Positions 35,195 to 47,100 of a stretch of 64,000 nucleotides of DNA are shown here, piece by piece. Where the stretch lies: assembly GCA_030141605.1 (NCBI GenBank), contig JAQGDQ010000003.1, positions 2,728,001 through 2,792,000 of the forward strand, read 5' to 3'. This DNA comes from Tubiluchus corallicola. Lineage: Eukaryota > Animalia > Priapulida. Below the pieces are notes generated by a model that was given only the letters and a program-made list of their open reading frames with translations, did not search any database and was not told the DNA's origin. Positions within the stretch are counted from its first letter, which is position 1. Each line of letters opens with the position of its first letter. Position numbers and translations under genes: made by a program.

Positions 35195-38100
35195 GTAGGT
35201 AAAGTTTCTAAAAGCAGGAGAGAGGAGCGTTTACAGATAGTTACCATCTATCTGTAATGCTTATAGTATATACTTTTTCGTTGGATAAGGTAAAGGAAAA
35301 TGCTTTCAGCGTACTCCCATCAATACTCTTTTGAAGGACTCAACATTGGTGGCATTAACAATATAACGGCCTAGATTGTTCCCTTTCTACATTAACATGG
35401 TTAGAGAAAAAGTATTTCCTCATATTTGTGCGTAAAAACTGAACAAGTGAATATGCACCTGATAGTTTGCACTCATGGTCACGTAACTCTCTATAGTATG
35501 ACTGAGGATTTTCAAACAATTCGGATCCTCAACTGTGTCCACATTCATTATCTCGAACATATTGACAAGGTCATTTGTTGATAGGGCCGTAAATTCCTGT
35601 CAATTCAATGATTGATGAAACGGCTGTCAATTTAGTGATTGACAGGCTGATAGTGACAAAAACACTAAGATGAAATTGCTCAATATAATTGTCTACGGAT
35701 TTAGTTTGTAGAGTCTGTAGATACGTCTATTCCAGGCTTCCAGAGTCCTATTTGCAAAATGTTATATTTTTAGGCTAATCTTTTTTATTAGGCTTTCATT
35801 TTAGTTTTTTTCTTGTAAAATGTATACACAATTATATACATATAACAAATATAGATACAATAATACTACAAATCTTTCAATTCTGGCAAGAAAGGGAAAG
35901 TGTATTAAGGCTATATAATGCATTTATTTGGTGGCACACAATTTGTCATTCATACACAATTTTTAAAATCTGTTTTAAAGACCTGTCGCATTATAATACA
36001 TAGGCAAATGGTGTTGTGACAGTGCACATTACAATGTCTGCCGGTAAAGCATTCCATGTATGCTGTTTTCTAGTTTGCTTCCGATCCCAGTTTTGTCAGC
36101 TATTATTGTGCCTCGTCATTATTGAGTCTGCTTCATTTGTTATTATATTGCCATTTCAATTTACTTTTCCCATGCATGGTTTCCCCGGATCTTTATAATT
36201 TTTGTATAATTCATCATTGTTATTATTTTCATCATTTTTACTCATTCAGTTTGATTGTATGGCAAGGTGTTGTATGCTATTTTGTACTTTCATTTCTAAT
36301 GTAAAATGTTTCTCCAGCTATTTACTATTACAGTATGCAGTAAACTAAGCCTAAATTTAATTTCCTTTTCTAAATCCACTTATCAAACTGTTGCATTAGT
36401 TGTCACTAGGCACATTCTATTGTTTTTAATAAATGGGTGATCAATTCGGTAAAAACCTGTATGGTTTTATCTCCATCCTTTCACCAAACTGTAATAATCT
36501 TTTTGTTGATGTTTGTTCTTGATATTTATTGTGCATCTAGGAGATAAAATAAATGTAATTTAATCATATAACTTTTACTCTTGCTATGTGTGCTACAAGC
36601 TATCCCATAAGTTTGTGGGCTTACAGTGAGACTTTTTTACCATATAACCGTAGCAAGCATTGTGTTGTAGATGTGTGTGGTTCCAGTCTACAGCATTAAC
36701 ACTATTGAGCATCGTAGCAATAAATTTTATCAGTGTACTTTGTCGCTTGTTGGATGCATTTATGCATCTGTTTAGTTACTGAAATATTCTTTGAAATAAT
36801 TTACGATCTCCCCCATCACAATGCTTGTTGCTGTAAATGAATCCTTCTCTAACTCACATTGTTTTTTCCGATCTCCCCCATCACAATGCTTGTTGCTGTA
36901 AATGAGTCCTTCTCTAACTCACATTGTTTTTTCAACTAGATTTTAAAAGCACAACAGTATGTAAAACAAAGCAATCTGGTTTCTGTGGTTGGCTCATTTT
37001 GAATCAGGTAAAATATAAGTTGGTAATTAGGTAATTCTGAAGTAACTAATTAAAACTGATTTACACCTCTGCCAAAAATAGTTATTCCAAAACACCTTGG
37101 AATTTCCTACCATGGAATACGATATGCGCCTCGGCTTGCAAGGGATGGAAGACACCTTATAGCTTACGGATTGTGGATTACGGCTTGCTCCTTATACCTT
37201 TCTCTATGTGACACGGGCCTATACAGGACAAATCCTGAAATACCTACATGATGATGAATAACATCAAACAATTTTCCAAAAATCATGTACATTTATGGAC
37301 CCATTAAATATTTCTGCCCAATTAATATTGTGCAAATAATCTCAATTGGGTCTATTAAAATAAAAAAAATTCCATTTGTCGTTTAAGTTGTTTTTGTAGG
37401 AGAAAGATATTTTAAATAAGAGCCTTTATGATTGGTAGTTGCAAAAGGGGTATCAACTATCACATTAGTAATATTTAACTCGTAAATTTTTGTTAATACT
37501 AAGTACAATATTTTGCCCATTTGTTGCAGTTTTCGTGCACTGAGTAAAAACATTTTCAGAAATGCAGTTTATAAAATCTTCATATAACATATTGCTGGAA
37601 TATTTGTAATTGTGCCAATCCGTCAGTAGCAAATTAGAATCTCCTTGGATTACACAAATATATAAAATTTGATATCACACAGGTTATTTATACAAGTGCA
37701 ATGTATGACACATCATTTTATGGTGGCTGGTAGCAAGTGAGAGTATCTCCCAATAAATCAATGGCCACCACCTCAACGTTCTGGGCAATGACAACTGAAG
37801 TACTCTATTCATAAAAAAATTTGACTCCTTAAGGCATTATTATTGAAGTCTTCAATCTTTCTGTAAAAAAAGTTTAAATTTGGTGCACCAGTGACACTCT
37901 GGTAGACTTTTCCACTTGTCTATTGCACAATGAGAAAAAAATGTATTTTTTGTGCTTAATGGTGCTTAGGCAGTTGGTTGCTTTTGCAATTAGCTCTTGC
38001 ACTCTTGTCCTTCGATTCTTTGAAACAGTTTCATAGAATGACCCGGCATTGCTGTGTCAATTTCATCATCCTTTTTTGAAATTAGAATAAGGAGATGATC

Positions 38101-41100
38101 ATTTTAAAAATGGCTTTGGCTTGCAGTGCCACATTTAAAGCAGATATATCTGCCATTTAGCCATTTTCAAGAAAACTTCCTTTCAAATTCTAAAAAATTA
38201 TATGTTTGCGATACAAGTGTGTCTTCACCATTTCGGGCTTGACTTGATGAACATTTTAGAATTGATTTATCATACAGTACAGTTTAGACCCTAGGCTACC
38301 CTAATTTATAAAATACTTAGCTTTGACTTACCAGTAATGCAGACACATGGAACTGTATACACTGTGTTTGAAAAACAGTTTATTGCATTACAGTTCTTGC
38401 TCTTTTTTACAACCTTTGTCTTTATTAGAATTTATTGTGGTAGTGTTTGCTAAAATACATTTATATTTTTGTTTAGCATGTTGTACACCAGAAAAAAGAT
38501 CAAATGTCGTTGCTGATATTTCTCTGAGTGACACAATGAGGCAACTTGTGAATGCATCTCATACACAAGAAGTGAAGTCTGTGTAAGTACTGTTCTAAAG
38601 AAGAATAAAGTAGCAAATACTGGTTTTTTGTATATTCAGGTATATTATTCCGAAACAATTTTGTTATTCAATGCTTTTGTGTGTGCTCAGTTTATCATTA
38701 TCTGGAATCTTATTGCTCTACTGCAATTTCATCTAAATAGTAAGTTGATTATCAGAACTACTAAAAGCTTTGTTTTCTAAACAACATAAACTTTCTCAGT
38801 CTCGATTCACATTTTGCCTCATTTCCCATTTAGAGTTACTGTCTAATAACTTTTTCACCATCACAGGTAAAAATTTGTACTTATCATAACAAATTTTTAA
38901 CGTAGGTGAAATAAATTTCTTTTTTAATTAAAAAAATCTTATTATCTTATTAAATAATTTGTTGGATGGTCAAAAGTGCTTTATTAGGTACTATCAAAGG
39001 AAAAAAGCTGATAATGAAAATCTCGCAACAAAAAATTTGGTTTCAGTTTAGCATTACATTGGCTTGTGTGCAGAAGAAATAAATTGATATTTGATCAGAT
39101 GCACCTAATAGTCTATACAGCACATTTTTTCCAGCTAGGAGCTCTTTCTCTTAGATTCCAAAATCCTTTGCTGACCACTTTATGGAGTTACTGCACTAAC
39201 AGAACATCAAGCTGAGACTATTTATTTGTACTGTTTAGCTTCTCATTTTGACGGCTACAGCAGAAAAATTGTCTGCCATATTCGTAAAATAAATAAGTTG
39301 CAGTGCAATTTGTATGGCATTTTACTTGAATGCATTCAAATCTAAAATGGACTCAGTGGCAATTGATGATACTGGTTTAACAAGATTTTCACTTTATGAA
39401 TTTTAGTCGTTTAAAGAGTAGTAGCAGCTCAGACGATACAGATCACACATCGGGTAGAAATGAGAAAACTGACACTGAGAGCGAAAGAACTCGAGGTATT
39501 AGAAGGTTAGTCCAGCTATCGGAAAAGAAGAGTAGCTTTCACAGTTTCAGTGCTGAGGATAGGTAAGGTGGCTTACGTTTACCTTATTATGTTTACTAGC
39601 AATAATTTTGGTCTCGACCCGAATCGCTACTCATCAGGATGTTGTGAAAAAGGGAAGAAAGCTCCTTGAATTAATCAACAATGAATCATCATGAAGCTTT
39701 GCGCAAATGTACTAGAACAAATTCTGCATCGACTGGTGGGGTTAGTGGATAGTCAAACATAAAACTGATTTGAGACTGTTAAGTTTACAGCCCACCCATT
39801 GTTCATACAAAATTTAATATGTTTGCACACGTGCTAATTTTTCCCACTGGACGCAGCTAAACGCAATTTTACTGCTTTATAGACCATTTTGCGGTTGCTA
39901 GAAGGTATTTCCTCGGGCAAGTTCAACTCAATTCGTGACTCATAATTTCACTACTACCGGCCCCTTGGGCCCACCCCCTAAATGCAGAAGTGCAGTTACA
40001 GTTAGCTGAAAACTGACTAGACAACGGAAATCGATAAGAGAATCGACACTATGTAAGTGACATACATAAACGGAACTTCACTATGCAAATCAGCTTTCTG
40101 TTCGGGGATTGCGCAAACAAACAAGTGGTTGTTTGCATCGACTATATATATATATATAAAGTCAAATAGCTACTTATGTTATTTGTGTAAACAATTACTT
40201 TTAATTTTTTTTGCAATTACATGAAATTTTTGCAAGTTTTGATTGAGTTAGTAGTTGCAGACCATATCATTTACATAAATGTGCACTTAATGAATGTACA
40301 TTTTGTATGTATGGAAAAAATGAAGTATTTATTTTTGCTAACATTAGTCGAATGTTCTAGTATTATAAAACTAGTTGCCGACAAGTGATAAAATGTTAAT
40401 ATTATAACATTTTGCAGAGACTTTTTCAAACCCAAACGTGTTCCTAGAGTACAACAAGTTCTTAGTTCTGATGAAGATGATGATACTGATGCTGATGACA
40501 GTGTGATTGTGGAACCTCAGTCAAAAATTGACGAAAAAAATAGTTTAGCAGATGAGGTGAAATTTAGGCCGAACTTTAATGAAGCATTCAAACCTTTTAT
40601 GCCAACGGGTAAGTCTAGAAAAAAGACTTCCTTGAGCTTACTTTTTGGCCGCCTCTCAATGACTAAACTATCAAATGGTGACACATCATCACAGCGATTT
40701 AATGCAGTTAATTATTGAGTCAGTATGAAAATTCAAAGTCACTGTGAAAGAGGTACATTTTGCTCCAGTTTAAACAGATCATCAACGTCAGTCCAAGAGT
40801 TAATTTGCATGTTTCACTGTCGATCTGCATTAACAGCCTTGTTTTATCTATTATATATAACATGATGGAGATTGAATTTACAAACTTCTTTATTAAACAG
40901 TTGTTTAACAACTATCTTAGGTCAGCTATTAGTTAAATGTATCTAAATATCTCAAACAAGAGCTCGGTTTTCTGGAAAAATTGAATGTTTTCCATTACGC
41001 ACTGCACAAAATCAGCAGTTGGTGCCCACCGTTTGTAATATAGGAGCAATCAGTGTTGCTATATTTGTTTTACATTGATATATAAAACATTGCAAAGGGA

Positions 41101-44100
41101 TGTTGTTAATTCATAAAAATAACCCAAGCGGAAGAAATAAAAATTTATTGATTGTCGATGATTCAGTTGACTCTGCCAGACTGGCACTCATATTTTTACT
41201 TCCGAAATCTTCTCTTTGCGGATCCGAATGTCCATCTATAAAGCAATATTTTTTTGTGTTTGCCCTCATTTATACAAAATTGCTTTTGAGTGCTGCTAAT
41301 CTAATCTAATCTGCTGATCATGAAAGTTCTCTATAAATTAAATGTATCTAATTTAGTTAGATTGCTTTTCAAATCTGGCCAGCTTTTGCTTTCGGTTTAC
41401 AAGCATCATACTAGAATGGCTTTAAATGTGTTTTTGTTTGTAGAGCAAAATTTATTAACAAAATTCTCACATTATTTTTGTAGGTGTTAGGACAACATCT
41501 AGTGAAGTACAGCTGAATCGTCGAGGAACTTCCCAGAAAACAGAAGCTAGATATTCTAAAGTGCGGCAAGCGCTAAAGTACCCTCAACATGACGACAGAC
41601 TAAATTCTGACCACTATAGTTTACATAAAGCTAAATCAGAGAATTTTGTGGAGAGCGAGCAAAGGGATGAAGTTAATATGCATGATAAAAATGTCCATAG
41701 TGGTATAAACTTTAAAACACTGAACCATCAGTCTGAACATGCTGAGTCACATCTACGAAGCATTTACAGGAGTATTCCTCCCGAGAAACAAAAGCAACAA
41801 GATTACAGCTTGCAACGAGAACATGTAAAGAATGTTCACCTTGCAAAAGGTCGATGGTCACCTTTCGAGAAAATTGTAGAAGAAAGTCCAAGGCATGCTT
41901 CGCCGCTTCTAGTGCCACCGAAAAAAGACTCTCAATGCAAGACACAAAATACAGATGAGAGTGCAAGACTAAAATCTAATAATTATGATAAACACAAATT
42001 CTTGACAGATGACCTAAGAACCCCGGCAGAACCTCCAAAAGTGGCACCTAGTATTTCACGTTCATCAATTGATGTAGCAAGTGTGGGTATGCAAAGGTCT
42101 ACTAGTGGTGCACAGCCACCTTTGCAGCATCAGGAACGGGTATCATTTTCTGCATCAGCGTTACCATCATCTTTTGCATCAGTGACAGCTAAACAGCCTT
42201 TAAATAATATGCAAGTGGATGCAGAATTTCAAAAGCCGGTCACCAGCATTTCAAATCCGTCAACTAGCTTATCATCTGGCGAAGGTCAGAGTCTCGGGAC
42301 AATGCCGCAAATTCAGAAGCAGATGTCTGCGTCAAAGTTGTCTTCTTCGTCGTCGGTAGTTCCAATAAACAATCATGATGGGCAGTTATCTTTCAAAGAT
42401 GACATGAGGCAGAACCTTCATGTGGTCAATAATGATGCAAGTGTCGGCTCTCAGAAGTCTGCAAATGTGCAACAGACTTTACTGAATCAAAGACAGACGT
42501 CTGCATCAAGATTGCCAACTTTGTCTTCATTAGTGGAAACTTCTCAAACAACTAAGACAAGGCATGATACAGGTGGTGTGCATAATTCGTTTCACAACTT
42601 TGGTTATATAAATGTCAATTTTTGCTTTTATTTCTTTGTTTAGTTTTTCCTATTTGTGTTTTTTTGCTCTATATTAAAGTGATACGATTTTAGTTTTGTT
42701 CTTTTCTGCTATATTGGTAAAACAATATTAAGCTTTTGCTGTATTGAAGTATCTAGTTTCTGAGAAACTGAGAAATAATGTAAGTTATAATTAACAAATT
42801 TTGTAAATTTTCTTGTAAATATTTTCAATTAATTTGGCAATAATTGTATTTCTACTAGGTCGTACAGCGCCCCTAGCAAGAAGCCAGAATTTGTCGGCTG
42901 CTCTGGCCGAGAGTCTTTCTGTTAGTCAGCAGGAAAACAAACCGTATTCCATTGTTCACAATGGTGTTCCTATGGCTTTGGTGCCAGCTAGTGAAATTAA
43001 CAAAGATTCAAATAAGTAAGCTTTACTAATTTTTTTTTCTTCAAATGTCTCCGATTTTTGCATTTTATGCAATTTTGTGCAGGGCTTGTTTATAGTTTTA
43101 CAGTGTGATAAAGCCTGGTGAGCTTAGTAAATTATAATTTTTGATACTTACTGATGGTCGTGTTTACTAACTTGCATTATGTTTACATTACTTTGGTGTT
43201 AGTTTAAGAGTCGCAATTAATATTTTTAGACACAGGGCAGTTGATGTATTCTTTCTTATATTTAGACATTACATGAAATAGTGCCCTTGAAGTGTGTCAT
43301 AAGTAAGACACTCCTCATCTATACTGTTTGGCTACCTCATGTAAGAATTCTTGCATACGTATAACCAAATCATTATTGTCTTTTGCTCCTTTTTGTCTTG
43401 TTTTTCGCAAATACAAGTGACAAATTCTATTGAATGTATCCCAGCAGGTATTAGAGCTTTCAACCAGAAGAGGACAGAGTTAGAAAGATATTTCAGATCA
43501 TTTATTAACCTGGTAACAGATTTTCATAATCTGTCAAGCTATGTATCTTCCTTTAGACGTGGGTAATTTCTGTTTTTCATGTGTGCATAATTATCATTCA
43601 CAAATCTAACCTTGGCTACCTGCAAGATACAACACACAATCTTTAAAGCAGGAAAGTGATCATGTTCACTATCTTGTTTTAGTTTTGAGATGTTTATTTA
43701 TTGTTTTAGGGATTTGCCACTCTCGCATGTAAACCAAGTTCCTATAGTCAACATAAGCAGACAGCAGCAGAAGTTTGGTACAGTGACAGTCAGTGGCAAA
43801 ACCTATACTTTGTTTAAAATGATTGGAAAAGGAGGATCTAGTAAGGTAAAATTGTTGTATCAAAATTACTTCAAGACAAGCTGTGACATGCCAAACTCGT
43901 ATTAATAGTACTGTTTGAGTGTTACAGTTTTAATTACTCACCAGAAGTATTTTTAAGGTCACTACTGCTACTGTGCTACTTGTGTATCGCCAATGCCAGA
44001 TATTGTTATCCATATACTGATATCCAGTTCAGTCCTATCACACGATTCTGACATTTGGCATTTTGTTGTCGTATTTATATGTCATATGGTACATGTATCA

Positions 44101-47100
44101 TGTTGGTATGATATTACATAATTTAAAGTGTAAATGCAATGTGCCTCATTTTGTTTAGGTGTACATGGTTTTGGATTCGGAAAATAAGCGTAATCTAGCA
44201 TTAAAGTGTGTTGATTTGGAAGGTGCAGATGAAAAAACTATTCAGTTATATATTAACGAGATCTACTTGCTAAAGCGTCTGCAATACAGCGATCGTGTTA
44301 TCAAGCTTTACGATTAGTAAGCCACTTAACTTTATTTTGAACATCATTTTTGACTGAGCATAAAAATCATAAATACAGTAGGCGCCGCTTAATAGACTCA
44401 TGGTTAATAGACTCAGTCGCTTAATTGACTCAATAGTTTTGCTTAACATGCTTCAATAAGACCCTTTTGGGTGACCAATAAGCTTTTATGACTTTTGTCA
44501 TCTTAGTTCGCTTTTGTCCTATAATATACATAGAAACAATCATGTTAAGCACTGTTTTGTTTGTAAGCAGGAACGTTTAACATACACTAATATGCTAGCC
44601 TAATGGTTTGCTTTGACCCGCTGGTCCACTGCATTAACCTCTTTACCCTAGAATTCCTGGAAGCTAAAGATTTAATCACTTGCTTAGCAGTTTGCTTTTG
44701 AAGGTCTTGTTGTCTTTGCCAGAAAGTTTAATTAGTTAGATGTTGCTGTTATGTCAGGGATGCAGGTACAGTACAGTAAGTACGTCACAATAGCAAGCGG
44801 GAGCTTAGGCGAAACTACAGATGAAGCTATGTGCGGGGAAACACGGGCACGAAACGCGGAGCACTAAGTATTTTACAGGAATTTGTACATCATACCACAA
44901 CAGATTTTCAATATTTTTATTATTATGAGAACTTTGTGAGCCTACTTCTCCGTGATAAAATTGCAGCCGACTTTGAATTTTTTGCAAATTTTATACAAAC
45001 TTGTGTGATTTAGAAAAGTATTCTTTTTCATATATAACTAATTCACTTATATAAATTACTATTTTAAAATATTTTTCTAATTTTTAACTGCACGTAGTAA
45101 TTTAGGCATTACTTTGTTTCTAAAATTCATTAGAAACCTTTGCAGTGCATACTAAGCTGATAACTCATTCTATACCAGTAATACTACACCCATCGGTTAA
45201 TACGTTCAGTCGATTAGTTGTGTCAAAACACTTCGGTCCCAAAGTGAGTCTATTAAGCGGCACCTATTGTATACACATGCAAGAAGTATGTACAGAGATA
45301 AGTTTTCTGAAAGACTATTATAAAAAGGGGTTTATATTACAAATACCTGAATAAGATTTATAGAATAACTTTTTATTTTATAGAAAGTTTATTGGGTCGT
45401 GTCATTTAGGCGCGGACCATTTGGGCATTACTTGGACATGAGACATTCGGGTGCCACTAAAATTTAATGCTATACTTAACTTTTTTGTTTTTGTTTATTA
45501 AACTTTTAATGACTCACTAATTTCTAAACTTTCACAATATTTTTTAAGAATCATCGCTTCACTAAATTAAGTGTATGTAGCAATATATTATAACAATTAA
45601 AACCAGATAATTGGCTTTTTCATTTTATGATTTTCCACTTTTATTCAGTATTATGTGCAGATTTTAAAATGCATGAACTAGAAGAATTAACACACTGCAT
45701 GTCTAGATTAGCATTTTGTTATAATAGAAGAAAATGTTATTTCTGAAATATCTAGTACATCATAAAAACAGTAAATAAAAGAAATGTGTGTCACAAAATA
45801 ATCTGTTCACTTCAAATTTAGTGTCAGTATAGCTACTATGAAGCAGGAATTTGATTAGTATTATCACAACACTATATTCATTGAATGCTTGGTGTTCTTT
45901 AGAAGAAAGTGATCTAGAATGCATTGTTTAGTTCATTAGTGGGTTATACTAACTAGCAATTCAAAAATAGCCACCTACATCAATTAGTGAACAATTTAAA
46001 TGATACAAGATTATCAATATCAAGATCAAGAATTATTGTAAGCATTTTTACAGTATATCTTGCGAAATGCACGGTAATTATATGTGCATAGTAATCAGCA
46101 GCAGTGTTTCTACACGTTAAAAGTGAGTTAACACTATAGTTGTTTACAATTTTAAGTACACGATTGTATTCAGGAAAATAATTATTTCCTTTCTTACAAA
46201 ACTTTAAATTTCAATCACTAATCAGACAATGAATAAGGTTCTCATAAAAGTCTCACCTGCTAGACAGCATGATTTGTAGCATACCACAGAAATAATGTAT
46301 ACTATAGCGAGATGTGCGTTGATGCTACTCCCAAAAGTGTGGCACCCTAGTGAGCCGGTACCCAATGTCCTGTCCCCACATTAGTCGATATTAAGACAAA
46401 TATTAATAAGTTAGTGACATGTTTTCTATTAACATTTTAATACCAGCAATCTGAAGTGAGCACCTAACTGAAGTAACATACCTTTTGCAGAATTTCTGAT
46501 ACATTTTGAATTTATTATCTTTCCTTTTAAACGTTAATAGGTGTCATTGTTAGCTTATCTTGTTAGCCAGTTTGCTTTTAATTCTTTCATTCATTTTTTG
46601 CTTGTTTTTTGATTTAGTGAGTATAAACCTGAAAAGAACTGCTTATATGTTATTATGGAGTGCGGGGACACAGATTTGGCATCTTGGCTCAACAGTCGTA
46701 AAAAGAAGGGTGAAAACAGCATGGAAATGCGGAAGTTTTACTGGTCAGAAATGTTAAAAGCTGTTGCCGTGATACACAAGGAAGGTAATTTAGAGGGAGC
46801 GTGTTCAGAGTTTTTGACTGTGCTTTAAGCATTGAATTACATGTATCGTAAAGCCTACAGTAAAAATTATTCCTGTAAAAAACTTTTTAACAAGGATTAT
46901 TAATGAATTTCGATTTTTAACTTTTTAATTATTATCCTTTCAAGAATACTGATTACAGTAACAGATGTACATGTTGAGAAGACAAAATTCTACTAACTTT
47001 AAACACGAGTTTTTAAAAGATAACACTGTGAAACAATAAGTTATTTATTTTTTTGCAATGTACAAAACTGAAAACATTGCAGTTTCACAGTTTAGTGGTA

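Noticed and set aside
36940-37007. 68-nt AG...GT candidate TTK coding exon
   Set aside because: Phase-incompatible with exon 2 from the main donor, and contains an immediate stop when joined from the alternative donor at 35199.
39590-39650. Minus-strand CTGATGAG...CGAGAC, Penelope-type hammerhead remnant
   Set aside because: Core reads GAGA rather than GAAA and stems I and II do not form; at most a dead relic.
45393-46378. Possible second MITE adjacent to MITE copy 2
   Set aside because: GC-rich ends are only loosely complementary and there is no TSD; cannot be supported without a genome search.
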